A stretch of DNA of 64,000 bases. Source: a candidate division WOR-3 bacterium. Lineage in GTDB: Bacteria; Hydrothermota; Tepidihabitantia; Tepidihabitantales; Tepidihabitantaceae. Made by a program: the position numbers and the translations under genes. Shown one piece after another: positions 60,598-64,000 of the stretch (positions within the stretch are counted from its first letter, which is position 1; the number at the start of each line of letters is the position of its first letter). The stretch lies in NCBI GenBank assembly GCA_965649205.1, contig CBFGJV010000004.1, positions 32,001-96,000 of the forward strand. Direction: 5' to 3'. The notes under the pieces were generated by a model that saw nothing but the letters and a program-made list of their open reading frames with translations, was not told where the DNA came from and did no database searches.

Positions 60598-60932
60598 ATT
60601 CTTACCTTTTCCTATTCGTACTCTCGGTAGTAATAGTCTCTTTCACGCAAATTTTGCTCAAACAAAGTGCAGATAAGAAACACGCCACCTGGTGGCGTGA
60701 GTATCTGAACTGGCGGGTATTAACCGCCTACGCTTTGTTTTTCGCCACAACGTTACTTGTCATAATCGCATTTCGCGGGGTGGAACTAAAGAATGGACCC
60801 ATCCTACAATCCCTAGGCTATGTCCTTGTCCTCTTGCTGGAGCGTATTTTTCTCAGGGCACGCATATCTCTGCAGAAAGTAATCGGTATTCTTCTTATTG
60901 TTACAGGTATTGTGATTTTCAATCTGCGCTAG
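60594..60932 (+). CDS. SMR/EamA-like small transporter subunit (ArnE/ArnF-like flippase)
   Basis: QILLK.SA, EYLN, 4 TM helices, GILLIVTGI; ATGA overlap with the upstream gene. Confidence 0.82.
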   Translation: MNSYLFLFVLSVVIVSFTQILLKQSADKKHATWWREYLNWRVLTAYALFFATTLLVIIAFRGVELKNGPILQSLGYVLVLLLERIFLRARISLQKVIGILLIVTGIVIFNLR

Positions 60933-61011
60933 AAAAGAAGCGTACGGGCTCTTACGATGTAAAAAGAACTTAGGCCGCTAAAGCACACAATTATCGGGGA
61001 AATGAATTACC

Positions 61012-62022
61012 TTACCAGCGAGAACTGGTATTGGGGTGACTCATCCACTCTATCCGCCGCCACCAATTCTCGTTTTCTATATACCACCTGATTGTCTCGG
61101 CCAGCCCCTGTTTAAATGGTCGCCCAGGCTTCACCCCAAGAATCTGAGCCGCTTTTTCAGTAGAACTCACATGCAAATCCACCTGTCCCGGCCTGTCCTC
61201 AATAGCCACGCACAGACTCTTCGGTTTGCCTAGATATTCGAGTATCATATGTGCAATTTCCTTGACAGAAAAGACTTCCCCGGAGCCAAAGTTGAATACC
61301 TCTCCTATTACTTTGTCCCTGTTGGCTAGCACCAGAAACAGTCGTTCGCACAAATCCTGTACATGTAACCAGTCCCGCCGTGCCGCTCCCCCGCCATGCA
61401 ACTCCAACGGTTTGTCCTGCAAAGCAGAGGTAATGAATCTGGGAATAAGCTTTTCCAGGTGCTGATTAGGACCATACTGATTAAACGGCCGGATGATGGT
61501 GGCTGGTATCTTGTAGGTTTTTATGTACGAATAGACCAGTCTGTCCGCTCCGGCCTTGGCTGCCGCATAGGGACTCATCGGATTAAGAGGATGTTCCTCT
61601 GTCATCGGTTCTGACAAAGCAGTACCATAAACTTCGCTGGTTGATATATGTACGAACAGCTCCAGTCGGTCAGCATACTTCACCACCGCATTCGCTACCG
61701 TGTGAGTACCCAGCACATCGGTCTCGAAAAAAACGCGATTGTCATAGAGCGAACGTGCCACGTGCGACTCTGCAGCAAAATGTATAACGGCATCGGCACG
61801 CGCCACAAGCGAACTTACCAAGTCCGGATTGCATACGTTGCCATACCAGAATTCATACCGGTCCCGGTCATTCCGAATTCGCTCCGGTATATTCTCCGGA
61901 TTACCTGCATATGTAAGCAGGTCCAGGTTCAGAATACGCGTATCCGGATGCCTATCGTAATAGTAGCGAATAAAATTGCTACCGATAAAACCAGCTCCGC
62001 CAGTTACAAGAATTGTTCTCAT
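61012..62022 (-). CDS. rfbB: dTDP-glucose 4,6-dehydratase family protein
   Basis: LVTGGAGFIGSNF, D.LTYAGN, HFAAESHV, SPYAAAKA, N.YGP.Q..EKLIP, DRPG. It has ISTSEVYG instead of the canonical STDEVYG, so specificity may differ. Confidence 0.8.
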   Translation of the reverse strand: MRTILVTGGAGFIGSNFIRYYYDRHPDTRILNLDLLTYAGNPENIPERIRNDRDRYEFWYGNVCNPDLVSSLVARADAVIHFAAESHVARSLYDNRVFFETDVLGTHTVANAVVKYADRLELFVHISTSEVYGTALSEPMTEEHPLNPMSPYAAAKAGADRLVYSYIKTYKIPATIIRPFNQYGPNQHLEKLIPRFITSALQDKPLELHGGGAARRDWLHVQDLCERLFLVLANRDKVIGEVFNFGSGEVFSVKEIAHMILEYLGKPKSLCVAIEDRPGQVDLHVSSTEKAAQILGVKPGRPFKQGLAETIRWYIENENWWRRIEWMSHPNTSSRW

Positions 62023-62028
62023 CGTCTT

Positions 62029-62093
62029 AGTATGCAGCACCCATTTCGCTTGTCAATTGTCTCGGTTGACAGCATAACAGTGCCCGGCATACT
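62029..62093. promoter_or_regulatory. Back-to-back promoters, both TTGACA-N16-CATACT-N6-ATG
   Basis: Plus: 62066-62093, then ATG 62100. Minus: 62056-62029, then ATG 62022. Confidence 0.75.
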
Positions 62094-62099
62094 TGAAAA

Positions 62100-64000
62100 A
62101 TGCAGTCCGGACCCACAACACCGATGTCTAAGCCGCGACGAAACCTGTTAGACCTACTAATGGCCAAACCATATCTTCTGGTATTAGGAGGCACCTGTCT
62201 GCTGGGTTCGGTTTCCCTTATTTATCCTTTCGGTCGAGACCAGGGCATCTACGCCTTCCTGGCCAGTTCCCTCTTCGAAGGCAAAACACTATATCGGGAC
62301 ATCTGGATGGGTATGGCACCACTCACGGTATACATTCACGCTCTAGCTTTCCTGCTCTTTGGCCGCTCACCTATTTCTCTCCGCCTGCTAGACCTCGTCT
62401 GGACTATGGCCACTGCCGGGCTGGTCTTTGTATTCGTACGTCGCTCCTTCGGAAAAGTCTGGCTGGCTGTTACGGCCGGTCTGATATACCCCTCATTTTA
62501 TTACCTCCTCGGATACTGGGACACGGCCCAAGTTGATGGCTTTGCGAATTTCCCAGTAGTAGCGGCCTTTGTACTGGCCCTAACCGTACTTCGCTCACCT
62601 ACCGCTTATAGCCGCCATTGGTTCTGGATTGGCGTGCTTTTTGGAGTTGCCTTCTTTTTTAAATATCCAATACTGATACTGCTCGCAGGTCTTGTTATTT
62701 TCGCTTTCTTCGCCACAAGAAAGATTCCAGCTCTCTCACTGTTCGACCCCGGCACACTTCCACTCGCACCTCCGTCTGTCCGTCCCAAGTATAATTGGAG
62801 ACGATGTTTCGCCTCTCTCATTATCGGCTTCCTTGTTCCCTGTGTCTTGACGACGGTAATTATTTCCGCTTCAGGAGCCCTACCGGATTTCCTGCAGCCG
62901 ATACTCCACCGAGCTTTTTCCTATCCTGCACAAAGCTACCTGCATGAAGGGCTGTTCAAACGAGCAATAAGATTTGTGGCCAGTTGTACCCTTGTTCCGT
63001 ATTTCGGTATTCCTCTACTATTCTGTTCTGCAGGTATAGTATTCTCCATCCTCGTCCTCCTCCGCCGCAGAAAAGATTTCTTCGAACTCGATCGCTTACC
63101 AATAATCTTGTGCTGGGTATGGCTGGGGGCTGGCCTCATGTATGTATATATCCAAGGCCGGTTCTTCCCTTATCACTTCTTGATTCTTTTGCCCGTATCG
63201 GCGACCTTAGGAGCCATCGCTCTGTACTACTTCCGTATCTTTCTGGCTGACAGTATCTCCACTCGGCGCAGTCGTGTGCTACTCGCCGGGGTATTATCTG
63301 CATCTTTACTAGCCGGCAGCCCTTATCCAGACCGTTTCGCAACTCTTTTTCGTATAGTGGCTGGCAAGTTGTCTTTACGGACATACTGGTCTCAACCTAC
63401 GCATAACACGGTGGATTTTGACCTTGCTGCTCAGCTGCGCGTCTCCAACTATATCCGTACGCAGAGCAAGAAAGGCGAACGCGTGCTTGTCTGGGCAGCA
63501 GACCCTTTAATAAATTTCCTCGCTGACCGCCCATCCGCCACACGTTTTCCCTACAATCATCCACTTATTTCTCTTTGGTCGTGGCCTGAATTGAAAGCCG
63601 AATTTGTCCGGTCGCTGAAAGCGGACCCTCCCGCAATGCTGGTAGTAGCCCACCATGACTCTACGCCCCACGTAACCGGCCATCAGCTGGACTCCTATCT
63701 GGCCCTGAAAAACTTCTCGGAGTTTGCGGATTTCGTAAACGAGAACTATGAGCCAATAGCGGTATTTGGCCGCTACGATGTTCTCCGTCTTGCCCACACG
63801 GAGGATAGCCTCCCATCCTTCTATCATCTATCTACCGAACTGCTGAAGCAAAATCTACGCGAGGCGCTCCAGTTTGCGACCCAGGTAAATCCCAGTTCTT
63901 ATCGTTACATTCTCTGGCCTTGGCATGCCGAAAGTGCCCAAGCTGCCTTGCCGCTGCATCTCCAAAAACGACTAGTGAGTTACAGAAAACTAAACAACCT
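62100..64000 (+). CDS. GT-C fold (ArnT/PMT-like) membrane glycosyltransferase, running off the window end; absent from the ORF track
   Basis: Manual translation is open from ATG 62100 to the end: YPFGRDQGIYA...G.TLYRDIW..MAPL, TAQVDGF, FFKYP, FFPYHF, VLVW, P.TRF. Confidence 0.88.
   Translation, partial: MQSGPTTPMSKPRRNLLDLLMAKPYLLVLGGTCLLGSVSLIYPFGRDQGIYAFLASSLFEGKTLYRDIWMGMAPLTVYIHALAFLLFGRSPISLRLLDLVWTMATAGLVFVFVRRSFGKVWLAVTAGLIYPSFYYLLGYWDTAQVDGFANFPVVAAFVLALTVLRSPTAYSRHWFWIGVLFGVAFFFKYPILILLAGLVIFAFFATRKIPALSLFDPGTLPLAPPSVRPKYNWRRCFASLIIGFLVPCVLTTVIISASGALPDFLQPILHRAFSYPAQSYLHEGLFKRAIRFVASCTLVPYFGIPLLFCSAGIVFSILVLLRRRKDFFELDRLPIILCWVWLGAGLMYVYIQGRFFPYHFLILLPVSATLGAIALYYFRIFLADSISTRRSRVLLAGVLSASLLAGSPYPDRFATLFRIVAGKLSLRTYWSQPTHNTVDFDLAAQLRVSNYIRTQSKKGERVLVWAADPLINFLADRPSATRFPYNHPLISLWSWPELKAEFVRSLKADPPAMLVVAHHDSTPHVTGHQLDSYLALKNFSEFADFVNENYEPIAVFGRYDVLRLAHTEDSLPSFYHLSTELLKQNLREALQFATQVNPSSYRYILWPWHAESAQAALPLHLQKRLVSYRKLNN

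Overview
Bacterial chromosomal window of roughly 52-55% GC (estimated by eye). Several secreted proteins with CARDB/Kelch domains and a Por/T9SS-like C-terminal tail, plus TonB and DUF4249 genes, suggest an FCB-group relative such as candidate WOR-3; this is inference only. Contents in order: ABC-2 permeases, pdxA, a papain-family protease with duplicated CARDB domains, an ORF6N protein, a DUF3857/transglutaminase pair, lipoprotein MsrB, an acyltransferase/GT2/YbgA/pyrimidine-dimer glycosylase cluster, PrsW, a UvrD-family helicase, asparaginase, divergent asnA/glnA, msrA, a hydrolase-DUF364-PLP decarboxylase operon, a TonB receptor, a ~12.3 kb decayed giant surface-protein gene, tRNA-Asp, an arsC-like gene, a radical SAM gene and a GT-C glycosylation locus. 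The best find is a secreted protein at 32583-33569 that the ORF track splits in two. It has one in-frame TGA in a Cys-(Sec)-Gly motif, followed directly by a SECIS-like hairpin. It is probably an unrecognised extracellular selenoprotein, and it lies next to a lipoprotein thioredoxin. Other notable points: window-wide TTGACn-N16-TAnnnT promoters with many leaderless starts, a shared 5'-leader motif in front of secreted-protein genes, and an uncharacterised duplicated domain on the GT-C enzymes. All family calls come from motif recognition by eye; no database searches were run.
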